From positions 33,108,001-33,172,000 of the forward strand of contig OZ360240.1 in the NCBI GenBank assembly GCA_977017645.1: a stretch of 64,000 bases of DNA, in the 5' to 3' direction. The notes below the pieces were generated by a model, which searched no databases, was not told where the DNA came from, and was given only the letters and a program-made list of their open reading frames with translations. Origin of the DNA: Torpedo marmorata. Taxonomy: Eukaryota. The number at the start of each line of letters is the position of its first letter. Within the stretch, counting starts at the first letter, position 1. Made by a program: the position numbers and the translations under genes. This document shows positions 1-10,160 of the stretch, piece by piece.

Positions 1-1627
1 TTGATGTCCATTTAAGAGCTTTATCCATATAAGCTAAAGCGATTCGATGCTTGTTGCCAAAATATTGTTCCAATAAATCCTTAGCTTTGTCTAATCCTCT
101 TCCTGAAGACATTTGTTTACAACTTTTAACCAGTTCTTTTGGATGTCCCTTTGTGAACATTTCCAAATAATAAAGACATTCATCACGATCTTGGCATTTA
201 TCTTCAATATTGCGTTTGAAAGATCTCATAAATGATTGATATTGAAGTGGATCACCATCAAAGGTTTGTATCTCTTTTTTGGGTAAAGAAGAGAGAGACT
301 GTAACTGAAACAATGATGCAGCAATTTCATTTTGTCTTTCCTTGGATGACAATACATTGCTCTGTTCACTGTTTCTTGTTGCATGCAATGTATCTGGAAA
401 CCTTACTGGTGTAGTTTCTTCCATATTTCTGATGCTTGATTCATATAACAAAGAAGTTGCTTCGTTCGACCGAACCCAAGCCGCAGCTTTGCTTTCAGAT
501 GTTATTATTGGTACATGTGACTCGATACCAATATGCTCTTGAAAGGTTTGTCCTTGTATATGTAGGTTTTGTATCCTTGGTTCTAAAATATCTATCCTTT
601 TGGTTGGTTTCTTTTCCTGTGACTCCTTTTTTAAATATGACCTTTTATTATCAGACAATTTAGATAATTTACTGCTAGCACCAGATACCATTGAACCTTC
701 TATTGCTTTCTTTTCTGCCTTGGCAATAGCAATGTTTGCTTCCAGCTCCTGCTGTTCTTTTCTCTTCCTTAGCTGCTCCTTCTCTTGTCTTAGCTGCTCC
801 ATTAGCTGCTTCTCATTTTGTCTTAGCTGCTCCTTTAACTGTTTCTCATTTTGTCTTAGCTGCTCCTCCTCTTGTCTTAGCTGCTCCTTTACCTGCTCCT
901 CCTTTTGTCTTAACTGCTCCTTTAGCTGCTCCTCCTTTTGTCTTAGCTGCTCCTTTACCTGCTCCTCCTTTTGTCTTAGCTGCTCCTTTAGCTGCTCCTC
1001 CTTTTGTCTTAACTGCTCCTTTAGCTGCTCCTCCTTTTGTCTTAGCTGCTCCTCCTCTTCTTCCAAAATATATTTATCCTGAAGCATTTTTTGTTGTGCA
1101 AGAAGAGCGGCCAATTTAACATCAATCTTTGTACATGACGATGCAGAACTTGAAGTACAAGAAACTCTGGAGCTCGAACCAGAACTTCTTTTGCTTCTCC
1201 TGCTTTCAGCATTTGAAACACTGTCACTTGCTTGTATTTCGTCCTGCAGTTCATATGCTGTCTTCATACTTACCTCTTTATCCAATTCAAATTGTATATC
1301 CTTTGCATCTTTAACCACTTCAATTTCTTCAACATTTGTTGACACAATTTCAGCCATTTCCAAGTTATCTTCTTGTTCAACTAATGAAGCTGCCTCTTCA
1401 TCCTTTGCCAGCTTCAATCTTTCGATAAGAACCTTTTTATTTCCACTTATGTCCTTTTTCAGTCGCTTCAATTCTTCTTTAATATCTGAAACCTTCATGT
1501 CTTCAATACGTTGGTCCTCAACAGCAACATCAGCGGTTGCTGCGTCAGCTGCTGATATATCAGTAGCTGCTGTATCAGTGGCTGCTGCGGCCATTTTACT
1601 CGTCTTGTTCCTCTTTCCTTCAAGCAT
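1..1627 (-). CDS. BEL/Pao LTR retrotransposon Gag (N-terminal part, runs off window start)
   Basis: Manual translation from ATG at 1627 (MLEGKRNKTSKMAAAA...) appears open to base 2 (...AYMDKALKWTS), about 542 codons. It contains LPKKEIQTFDGDPLQYQSFMRSFKRNIE...CLYYLEMFTKG, typical of BEL/Pao Gag (DUF1759-like). Missing from the ORF track, probably because there is no stop inside the window. Confidence 0.85.
   Translation of the reverse strand, partial: MLEGKRNKTSKMAAAATDTAATDISAADAATADVAVEDQRIEDMKVSDIKEELKRLKKDISGNKKVLIERLKLAKDEEAASLVEQEDNLEMAEIVSTNVEEIEVVKDAKDIQFELDKEVSMKTAYELQDEIQASDSVSNAESRRSKRSSGSSSRVSCTSSSASSCTKIDVKLAALLAQQKMLQDKYILEEEEEQLRQKEEQLKEQLRQKEEQLKEQLRQKEEQVKEQLRQKEEQLKEQLRQKEEQVKEQLRQEEEQLRQNEKQLKEQLRQNEKQLMEQLRQEKEQLRKRKEQQELEANIAIAKAEKKAIEGSMVSGASSKLSKLSDNKRSYLKKESQEKKPTKRIDILEPRIQNLHIQGQTFQEHIGIESHVPIITSESKAAAWVRSNEATSLLYESSIRNMEETTPVRFPDTLHATRNSEQSNVLSSKERQNEIAASLFQLQSLSSLPKKEIQTFDGDPLQYQSFMRSFKRNIEDKCQDRDECLYYLEMFTKGHPKELVKSCKQMSSGRGLDKAKDLLEQYFGNKHRIALAYMDKALKWTS
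770..1055 (-). repeat. 33-bp coding tandem repeat inside gag (EQLRQKEEQLK units)
   Basis: Repeated tgctcctccttttgtcttagctgctcctttagc on +, encoding (EQLRQKE)(EQL/VK) modules on -. Confidence 0.9.
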
Positions 1628-2040
1628 ACACAACACTAGCCAAACAACAGTCCCCAATGGACCAGCGGCAGCAATTCCAATCTGTGTTCTTACTTGCTAA
1701 AGATACACAGAAGGAGTCCACAGACTTATGCCTACCACTTCGAATGACTGTAATGTGCTGCAATCCACAAACGAGTTTCAACCACAACATCCGTCACTAA
1801 TATCACTGATTTTCCAAAAATGGTTTCTCCAACGTATTTATAGGACACTTTATTATAAGATTTGAAGCTTTAAACCCCTCTCTGGCTGTTATTCATGGCA
1901 GATGGATGTAGATTACAAACTACCCCCAACTCGAGGCATCTCCAAAATGGCCACCATTTTATATCAGTCCAAAGCACAGAGTTTTTTCTATCTTCTTTCT
2001 TTCAAACTTCTGTTCCAAACAGCCAGCCCTTTATTGACTA

Positions 2041-2689
2041 TATTACGGTGACTTCGATCCACCAATAGTCACCTGGAGGCTAAGTGTGGTCCTTGTCTTT
2101 GATGCGTTTTAATCAATTTACTAACAAAGTCCAATATGTTCAAAAACCTTTATTTACACACATGACTTGCAGTAATCTTCAATGACTTTAATATAAACAG
2201 TTCTTGTAAACGATGTATGATGAGTTCCTTTTAAATAATTCTTTAAACAATTCCAAAACGATATGAAACACTGTAAAATGATGTTAAACTTATAAAAACG
2301 CTATAAAACGGTCAATAAAGATGTGGAGACCTCACTCACCCTCCAAACATCTTATTCTTTCCTTTTCTCTCTCTCTATGCTTGATTTGTGCATGCCCATC
2401 AGCTCCTAAAACCAATACGCATCCTACCCCGCGCATACTACATTTCCCAGACAGCAACGCGCACAATGACGTCACTCCACACTGCGCATGCGCCCGTCGG
2501 CACTCCCGCGCATGTGCATATCAAAGAACGGGCCGACGACGGCCTACAGAACAACGCGAGCGCTCCATGGCCCGACGTGGCCTAGGAGCGCTCCGAGGAC
2601 GGCCTACAGAACTACGCGAGCGCTCCAAGGCCCGACGAGACATCGGAGCGCCGCAACAACGGTAAGTTAATGAGCCTACGGCTCTTACA
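2041..2689 (-). mobile_element. 5' LTR of the BEL/Pao element (about 650 bp)
   Basis: On - it starts TGTAAGAGCC exactly at the junction with Penelope sequence (2689/2690) and carries AATAAA (2149-2154). It probably ends ...CACCGTAATA at 2041, upstream of gag. The inner boundary is inferred. Confidence 0.7.
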
Positions 2690-3222
2690 TTGGCTATTGG
2701 GAGGTCGCTGTTGTTGCGGGCGGAGAAGAGGTGCTCAGTGAAGCGATCTCCCAATCTACGACCGGTCTCTCCGATGTAGAGAATGCCACAAAGGGAGCAC
2801 TGGATGCAGTAAATAAGTTCTCTGGATGTACAAGTGAAGTGTTGCTACACTTGAAAGGCCTGTTTGGGGCCCTGGACTGTGGTGAGCGGGGAGGCGTGGG
2901 CGCAAGTGTTGCACCTCCTGCGGGCACAGGGGACGGTGCTTGGGGTGCGATGGGAGGGGAGGGATGAGTGCACGAGGGAATCGCGGAGAGAGCGGTCCCT
3001 GCAGAAGGCCGAGAGGGGAGGAGAAGGAAAAATGTATCTGGTGGTGGGAGCCTGTAGTAAGTGCTGGAAATTCCGGCGGATAATGTGTTGGATGCGGAGG
3101 CTGGTGAGGTGATAGGTGAGGATGAGGGGGATTCTATGTTTATTGCGTCTGGGGGCAGAGGGCCAGGGCAGATGAGCGAGAAATGGAGGAGATGCGGGTG
3201 AGGGCTGAGTTGATGGTATTGA
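2690..3222 (-). mobile_element. Penelope-like element fragment (GIY-YIG region), interrupted by the BEL element
   Basis: Reverse complement of the 8570-9090 region; encodes GDRFTEHL..RNNSDLPIA. Confidence 0.9.
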
Positions 3223-3261
3223 GAGAGAAAAGTTTTCATCCCAGCTAATGTGAGAGCCATG

Positions 3262-3373
3262 TGAAACACGAAAGTCTGCAGTCGCTGTGATAGTAGTAAA
3301 AACACACAGAAATGCTGGAGGAACTCAGCCGGTCTCGCAGCGTCCATAGGAGGTAAAGATATATTACCAATGT
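3262..3373 (-). mobile_element. Short Penelope terminal-repeat insertion with 13-bp TSD
   Basis: aaacacgaaagtctgcag...aatgctggaggaactcagc resembles the terminal sequence at 44770-44880 and 9490-9590; flanked by TGTGAGAGCCATG at 3249-3261 and 3374-3386. Confidence 0.75.
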
Positions 3374-3862
3374 TGTGAGAGCCATGAACACAACTCTCAT
3401 GAAAGCTCGAAGGAAGGGGACTGCTGGAGTGAGAATTTTGAAGATGGGCACAGGTTGATTGCATTTGGCCAGATATTTGACTGTGGATGCGAAAACAGTG
3501 CAAGAGCTTGGCATTATCTTGTGCTTGAGATTTGTTGTGTCAGGGAAGTCAGCTGTTGCTTTAGGATTTGTTTGTTTAGTGTCAGAGACTGGATGTCACA
3601 GGATGGTGAAATCATGACAAAGATGAAATTAGAAGAATTTGACCAGTGGATGGAAAAGGAGAAGAAAAATAATTGGTATTAAAGTGACCTGTGCTCTTTT
3701 CCCCCACCCAAAAAGATCAGATTTGTTGGTGATGATCAATTAATAATACTACAGTCTAAATTACCTCACCCTCTTAATGCAGCTCATTATTAAGCAAGTA
3801 TCGAAAACTAGCTAAATGTTTGTTCAAGTAATTTGTGAAAAGAAACTAATGCTCAGATGCCC

Positions 3863-4311
3863 ATCAGAATCAGAATTTATTGTCATGAACAAGTCATGAA
3901 ATTTGGTGTTTTGCGGCAGCATCATAGTGCAATTAACATTCATATTATAACCATCTTATGACATTACTATAAAAAATTATAAATAATAGTGCACGAAAAG
4001 TAAGGCAGTGTCTTTGGTTCACTGATTATTCAGGAATCTGATGGCAGCAGGGAAGAAGCTGTCCTTGTGCCGTTGAGTGCTCATCTTTTGGCTCCTGTAC
4101 CTTTTTCCCGATGGTAGCAGAGTGAAGTGGGCATGGCCTGGGTGGTGGGGGTCTTTGAGGATAGAGGCTGCTTTTTTAAGACACCGCCTCATGTAGATGT
4201 CCTCGATGGAGTGATGTTTGGTGCCTGTGATGTCACAGGCCGAGTTAACAAACCTCTGGAGTTTACTCTTGTCCTGGGACTTAGCGCCTCCATACCAGGC
4301 AGTGATGCAAC
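3863..4311 (-). mobile_element. Rex1/Babar-like LINE 3' fragment
   Basis: Begins with (atcaga)n tail plus tttatt; near-identical to 23384-23772, which encodes KDPHHPGHALFTLLPSGKRYRS. Confidence 0.75.
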
Positions 4312-4449
4312 TCTGTTTGGTAACCTGGCAATCAGAAGAATATTTTGATGCACCAAATATGTGATTTAAGTTGCATCAAATACCTGCCTCAGTTATTGTA
4401 ATTGTATTGCACCATGATTTGTTGTATCATATAAAATCCGTAATAACTG

Positions 4450-4870
4450 TTGGTGCATTATTCTTTGGAGCGTAGAAGGTTGAGAGGGGATTTGATAGAG
4501 GTATTTAAAATTATGAAAGGGATAGACAGAGTGGATGTGGATAGACTATTTCCATTAAGAGTAGGAGAGATTGAAACAAGAGGACATGAGCTAAGAGTTA
4601 AGGAGCAGAGGTTTAGAGGTAACATGAGGGGGAACTTCTTTACTCAGAGAGTGGTAGCGGTGTGGAATGAGCTTCCGGGAGAAGTAGTGGCGGCAGAGTC
4701 AATTTTATTATTTAAGAAAAAGTTGGACAAGTATATGGATGAGAAGGAAGTGGAGGTTTATGGGCAGGGTGCAGGTAGGTGGGACTAGATAGGAATGTTT
4801 GGTTCGGTGCGGACTGGAAGGGCCTAATGGCCTGTTTCCGTGCTGTAATTGTTATATGGTTATATGGTTA
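4450..4870 (+). mobile_element. CR1 LINE 3' fragment
   Basis: YSLERRRLRGDLIEVFKIMKG...TRGH...FFTQRVV.WN.LP; tail ttatatgg repeats; near-identical to 24222-24630 (-). Confidence 0.9.
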
Positions 4871-5469
4871 TAATAAAATCATAGGCCTTGCACCACAGTT
4901 CTTGAGGGTTAAATTCGATGGCCCCTGAAAATGAGACTGTGATGAATAATTAACCAGGCCCACTGATATTTTTGTTTGCAGACAGTATGCCATCTTTACT
5001 AATCTGCTATTACCAATATTGTGGCATCCATTGGCTGAACACATCAGCAATGTGTTGAGTGGTAAGCTTCTGTTAAAGCTATCCTACGTTGAGTGTTGGC
5101 TCCTTAAAGGAGAGGCATGTTGTGGTTGGAGCAGATGTGGACAGTCGTGCAAGAAGTGAATTTGATCTGACAAACATTGAAGAATGTTGGGAACTTGGGG
5201 GGAGTGTTGCCAAAAATTTTGGATGTTGTGGAGGAAGAGATGGAAGGTAGGAGAGCGATTCTGTATTCTCCGATGAGTATGCGCATGCTCAGAAGATGGT
5301 GTGAATAGGGAAACCAATTTATTTTGTGCCTTCCTTTTGTAAGTTTGTTTTCTACTCCACAAGATAGATTGCTAAAATTCCTGCTCCATCATGCTGGTTT
5401 CCAACCAACTTTCAAAGGGATCTGCTGCTGAATAGAGCACCCAACTTTTTCGCTACATATCTTTTGCAT

Positions 5470-6088
5470 ATGAAGAAAGCACATCAGCGCCTCTACTTCC
5501 TCAGGAGTTTGCGGAGGTTTGGTATGACATGTGAAATCTTGGCAAACTTCTACAGATGTGTGGTGGAAAGTGTGCTGACCAGCTGCATCACTGCCCGGTA
5601 TGGGGACACCGATACTCCTGAGCGTAAAGCCCTGCAAAAGATAGTGGACACAGCCCAGGACATCACAGGCAAAACCCTCCCCACCATTGAGAGCATCTAC
5701 AGGGAACGCTGCCGTCGGAGAGAATCAGCAATCATCAAGAATCCACACCACCCAGCACACGCTCTGTTCTCGCTGCTACTATCAGGAAAGAGGTATAGGT
5801 GCCACAAGACTCACACCACCAGGTTCAGGAGCAGCTGCTACCCCTCCACCATCAGACTCCTCAACAACAACGTCAGTCAGGGACTCATTTAAGGACTCTT
5901 ACTTTTGCACTTTGTTCTTAGTTTTTTCTCCTCTCTGTATTGCTCAGTCAGTTGTTTACATTTCTTTATTTGTTTACATGTATATGTTGAGTAAAGTTTT
6001 TTGCACTACCAATAGGTGGTAATTCTGTCTCACCTGCAGTAAAAAGAATCTCAGGGTTGTATGTACTCTGACAATAAATCTGAAATCT
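5470..6088 (+). mobile_element. Rex1/Babar-like LINE 3' fragment
   Basis: KKAHQRLYFLRSLRRFG...FYRCVVESVLT (DUF1891-like C-terminus); ends aataaatctgaaatct. Confidence 0.8.
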
Positions 6089-7173
6089 ACAAGAATATTC
6101 TTCATGCAGGATTTTTCTTTGGCATGGAAATAAATGCAAAGAGATAGGAAAAGTCTAGATGTTACTATCTAGGCTGCCAAGTTCCTGCCAGAATGTTTAA
6201 GTGAGGTACTGGGAAACAAGAAAACTTTGCACAGAATCAGCAGAGGAGGGAATGCAAATTGTAGATGAATCTTGGCAAGAAATGGTTTTAAAAATCTGAA
6301 AGTTTGAACTGTTGATAGAAGTATCATACTTTCAGTTCAATAGCTTCTCTGGCCAAATGTGCAAAATTGTTCAGTGCAACTGTTTTTTTTAAATTTTCAG
6401 CTTTGGATTAGTTTATCATTTAAGTTATTCACTAAATGTATAACTCAAATGAGGAAATATTTTGCACTGATGTTTTTTGTTTTTCTTCAGATCTGAACAA
6501 AGAAGTAGCACCCATCTGCCAACTTCTTTCGGTTGCCTGATTGTAAGTTTCCACCTGAGTTGTCGTATACCTGAACCACTTGGAGGTATGTAGTAGAGGT
6601 TTGGAATCGCTCTACCTCGATGTTTAATTTGGGGAAGGGTCTCGCTCCATTATATCTTTTCTCCAGAAAGCTTCTAGATATTTCGGTGATGACCATGTGA
6701 GAAATGGATTGTAGTTTATACAAGGCACAGAAATGAGCCAGGCTATTTTTTTTTACCTGTGTTTGTATGCTGTTAAAGCCTCTAATCTTTGCTCAATTCA
6801 ATCTCAGAGCCTAACCCCCATTTCTCTTTTCCCCAGTGTTTCTGTCTAGCCTCCCCTTGCATATACAGTGCCTTCCATAATGTTTGGGACAAAGACACTT
6901 TTTTCATCTATTTGCCCCTGTGCTCCACAGTTTTAAATTTGTAATCAAACAATTCACATGTAATTAAAGTGCACATTCCAGATTTTATTCAAGGTTATTT
7001 GTATACATTTTGGTTTGACCATGTAGAAATTACAGCACTTTTTACACATAGTTCCCCCATTTCAGGGCACCATAATGTTTGGGACATTTGGCTTCACAGG
7101 TGTTTGTGATTACTCAGGTATGTGTAATTGCTTCATTGGTGCAGGTATAAGAGAGCTAGGCTTGCTTCAAAGC

Positions 7174-9589
7174 ACCTTCGTCCCCCTCCGCCAACACCTC
7201 AACGAGTTCCGCGCACGCGATGCCGAACTCTTCTTCCGTCGCCTCCGGGCTCACTTCCATGACCGTGACTCTCCACCCCCCATCCAAGTCCCTTTCTCCC
7301 GCTTCAAGCCTTCCTCTTCCTGGACACCTTGTCCTGGCCAGCTGCTTGCTCTGGACCTTTTTATTTCCAACTGCTGCCGAAACATCAACCGTCTCAACTT
7401 TACCATCCCCCTCTCGTATTCCAACCTCACCTCCTCAGAACGCTCTGCCCTCCACTCTCTCCGCAACAACCCCAACCTCACCATCAAACCCGCAGACAAG
7501 GGCGGTGCGGTTGTGGTCTGGCGCACTGACCTCTACCTTGCCGAGGCCAGTCGACAGCTCTCAGACACCTCCTCCTACCGACCCCTCCCACAGGACCCCA
7601 CCACTGCACATCAAGCCACTGTTTCCGACCTCATCACCTGCGGTCACCTCCCCTCCACGGCCACCAACCTCATTCTCCCCCACCGCCGTACTGCCCGTTT
7701 CTACCTTCTACCCAAGATACACAAACCCAACCATCCGGGCAGACCCATTGTTTCTGCCTGCTCCTGCCCCACCGAACTAGTTCCATCTTACCTTGACTCC
7801 ATCTTTTCTCCCCTGGTCCAATCCCTCCCCACCTACATCCGCGACACCTCACATGCCCTCCATCTCCTCAATGACTTCAGATTCCCTGAACCGGACCACA
7901 TCATCTTCACCATGGATGTCCAATCCCTTTCTACCTCTATCCCCCACACAAAAGGTCTGAAAGCACTTCGCTTCTTCCTGGACCAAAGACCCGACCAGTC
8001 ACCCTCTACCACCACCCTCCTCCGCCTGGCAGAACTTGTCCTCACTCTTAATAACTTCTCCTTCAACTCATCCCACTTCCTCCAAATCAAAGGAGTAGCC
8101 ATGGGTACCTGCATGGGTCCCAGCTATACCTGCCTGTTTGTGGGCTTTGTGGAGCAATCCATGCTGCAAGCCTACACAGGCAAGAGCCCTCATCTCTTCC
8201 TCCGTTATATCGACGACTACATCGGGGCTGGCTCATGCACCCGCGATGAGCTTGTCAACTTCATCCACTTCGCATCCAACTTCCACCACGATCTCAAACT
8301 CACCTGGTCCATCTCCGATAACACACTCCCCTTCCTGGATCTCTGTCTCCATCTCAGGAGACAAGCTTTCCACCGACATTTGCTACAAACCCTCCAACTC
8401 CCACAACTATCTGGACTACACTTCCTCACACCCTGTCCCCTGCAACGATTCCATCCCCTTCTCTCAATTTCTCCGTCTCCGCCGCATCTGTTCCCAAGAT
8501 GAGGTCTTCCAGTCCAGATCTTCTGAAATGTCTGCCTTTTTCCACAAACGTGGCTTCCCCTCCACCACCATCAACTCAACCCTCACCCGCATCTCCTCCA
8601 TTTCCCGCTCATCTGCCCTGGCCCCCTCTGCCCCCAGACGCAACAAACATAGAATCCCCCTCATCCTCACCTACCACCCCACCAGCCTCCGCATCCAACA
8701 CATTATCTGCTGGAATTTCCGGCATTTACTACAAGATCCCACCACCAGACACATTTTTCCTTCTCCTCCCCTCTCGGCCTTCCGTAGGGACCGCTCCCTC
8801 CGCGATTCCCTCGTGCACTCATCCCTCCCCACTCATTGCACCCCGGCACCTTCCCCAGTGCCCGCAGGAGGTGCAACACCTGCGCCCACACCTCCCTCCT
8901 CACCACGGTCCGGGGCCCCAAACAGGCCTTCAAGTGAAACTACACTTCACTTGTACATCCAGAGAACTTATTTACTGCATCCGGTGCTCCCTTTGTGGCT
9001 TTCTCTACATCGGAGAGACCGGTCGTAGATTGGGAGATCGCTTTGCTGAGCACCTCCTCCGACCGCAACAACAGCGACCTCCCAGTAGCCAGCCATTTCA
9101 ATTCCGAGTCACACTCCCACACTCACATGTCTGTCCATGGCCTTATGTACTATCCCACCCAGACTACCCGCAAATTGGAGGAACAACATCTCATTTTCCG
9201 TCTGGGCACTCTCCAGCCAGATGGCATTAACATTGACTTTTCTGCTTTCCACTAAACCTGCTTGTCTTTTCCTTCCTCTCCCCCCTCACCTATCATTCTT
9301 TTTTTTTTTCCACGCATCCAGCCATCCCTCCTCCCCCTCCTTGCTGCTGTCCCCTCCCTCCTTTCTCCACCTATCATCTCCTGCCTTTGCCACCCCCCCT
9401 TCCCCCCTCACTCTTTTGTTCGGACGCCTGCCGGCATTTTCTCATACTTTGATGAAGGGCTCAAGCCCGAAACGTCGGTTATGTATTTATACCTTTGCTA
9501 CATAAAAGACACTGTTTGACCTGCTGAGTTTCTCCAGCTTTTGTGTTTTTTACTTCAACCACGGTGTCTACAGATTTTCGTGTTTTACT
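7174..9589 (+). mobile_element. Penelope-like element, 5'-truncated, RT + GIY-YIG endonuclease with frameshifts
   Basis: IKPADKGGAVVVW, YLLPKIHK..GRPIVS, TMDVQSL, GVAMG, RYIDD; LIYCIRCSLCGFLYIGETGRRLGDRFAEH; frameshifts near 8340 and 8840-8940. Confidence 0.92.
9443..9483 (+). ncRNA. Minimal type I hammerhead ribozyme (Penelope-associated, C3U core variant)
   Basis: TTGATGA-A-GGGC-TCAA-GCCC-GAAA-CGTC; palindromic ACGT stem III; stem I catact/ggt(t)atg; predicted cleavage after 9476. Confidence 0.7.
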
Positions 9590-9628
9590 TTTGATTACCT
9601 TTGGAGTCTGTAGTTGCCATTTTTCAAC

Positions 9629-10160
9629 ATGAGGACCAGAGTTGTGCCAAAGAAAGTTAAAGAAGCCATTATGAGGCTGGAAAAAGAAAATAAAACAGTA
9701 AGAGACATCGCCCAAACCTTAGGATTACCAAAATCAACAGTTTGGAACATCATTAAGAAGAAAGAGCGTACTGGTGAGCTCTTTACTTGCAAAGGGACTG
9801 GTATTCCAAGAAAGACTTCCATTGCTGATGACAGAAAAATTCTCATCATAATGAAGAAAAATACCCAAGTGTATGTCCGACAGATCAGAAACACTCTTCT
9901 GGAGGCAGGTGTGGATATGTCAATGACTGCTGTTCTCAGAAGACTTCATGAACAGAAATACAGTGGCTACACTGCAAGATGCCAAGCTGCAGAAAGGATG
10001 GCCAGGTTACAGTTTGCCAAGAAGTATTTAAAAGAGCCTGCAGAATTCTGCAAAAGGGTCTTGTGGACAGATGAGACCAAGATGAACCTGTATCAGAGTG
10101 ATGGCAAGAGCAAAGTGTGGAGGTGTAAAGGAACTGCCCAAGATCCAAAGCATACCACCT
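9629..10160 (+). pseudogene. Tc1 transposase, truncated after the first catalytic Asp
   Basis: MRTRVVPKKV...TVRDIAQTLGLPKSTVWNIIKK (HTH), RLQFAKKY, VLWTDETKMNLY; similarity ends at KHTT. Confidence 0.88.

Larger units (their letters stand above)
6866..10160 (+). mobile_element. Tc1 transposon (IR/DR type), split by a Penelope insertion and 3'-truncated
   Basis: TA|CAGTG start; direct repeat ccataatgtttgggaca near 6875 and 7070; resumes at about 9590 and leads into the transposase ORF. No right ITR seen. Confidence 0.85.

Noticed and set aside
770-1055. Regular short repeats resembling a CRISPR array
   Set aside because: No unique spacers; it is a coding minisatellite in a eukaryotic retrotransposon.
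600-1700. Cys/Ser-rich (600-1082), Pro/Ala-rich (736-1119) and Ser-rich (1191-1700) + strand ORFs
   Set aside because: Antisense shadows of the repetitive BEL gag on the - strand.
1944-1960. AAAATGG-CCA-CCATTTT mini-palindrome (YY1-like sites) in the BEL leader
   Set aside because: Too short to distinguish from chance without family alignment.
2694-3503. 269-aa - strand ORF
   Set aside because: Off-frame read through Penelope fragments and flanking DNA; no coherent domain.
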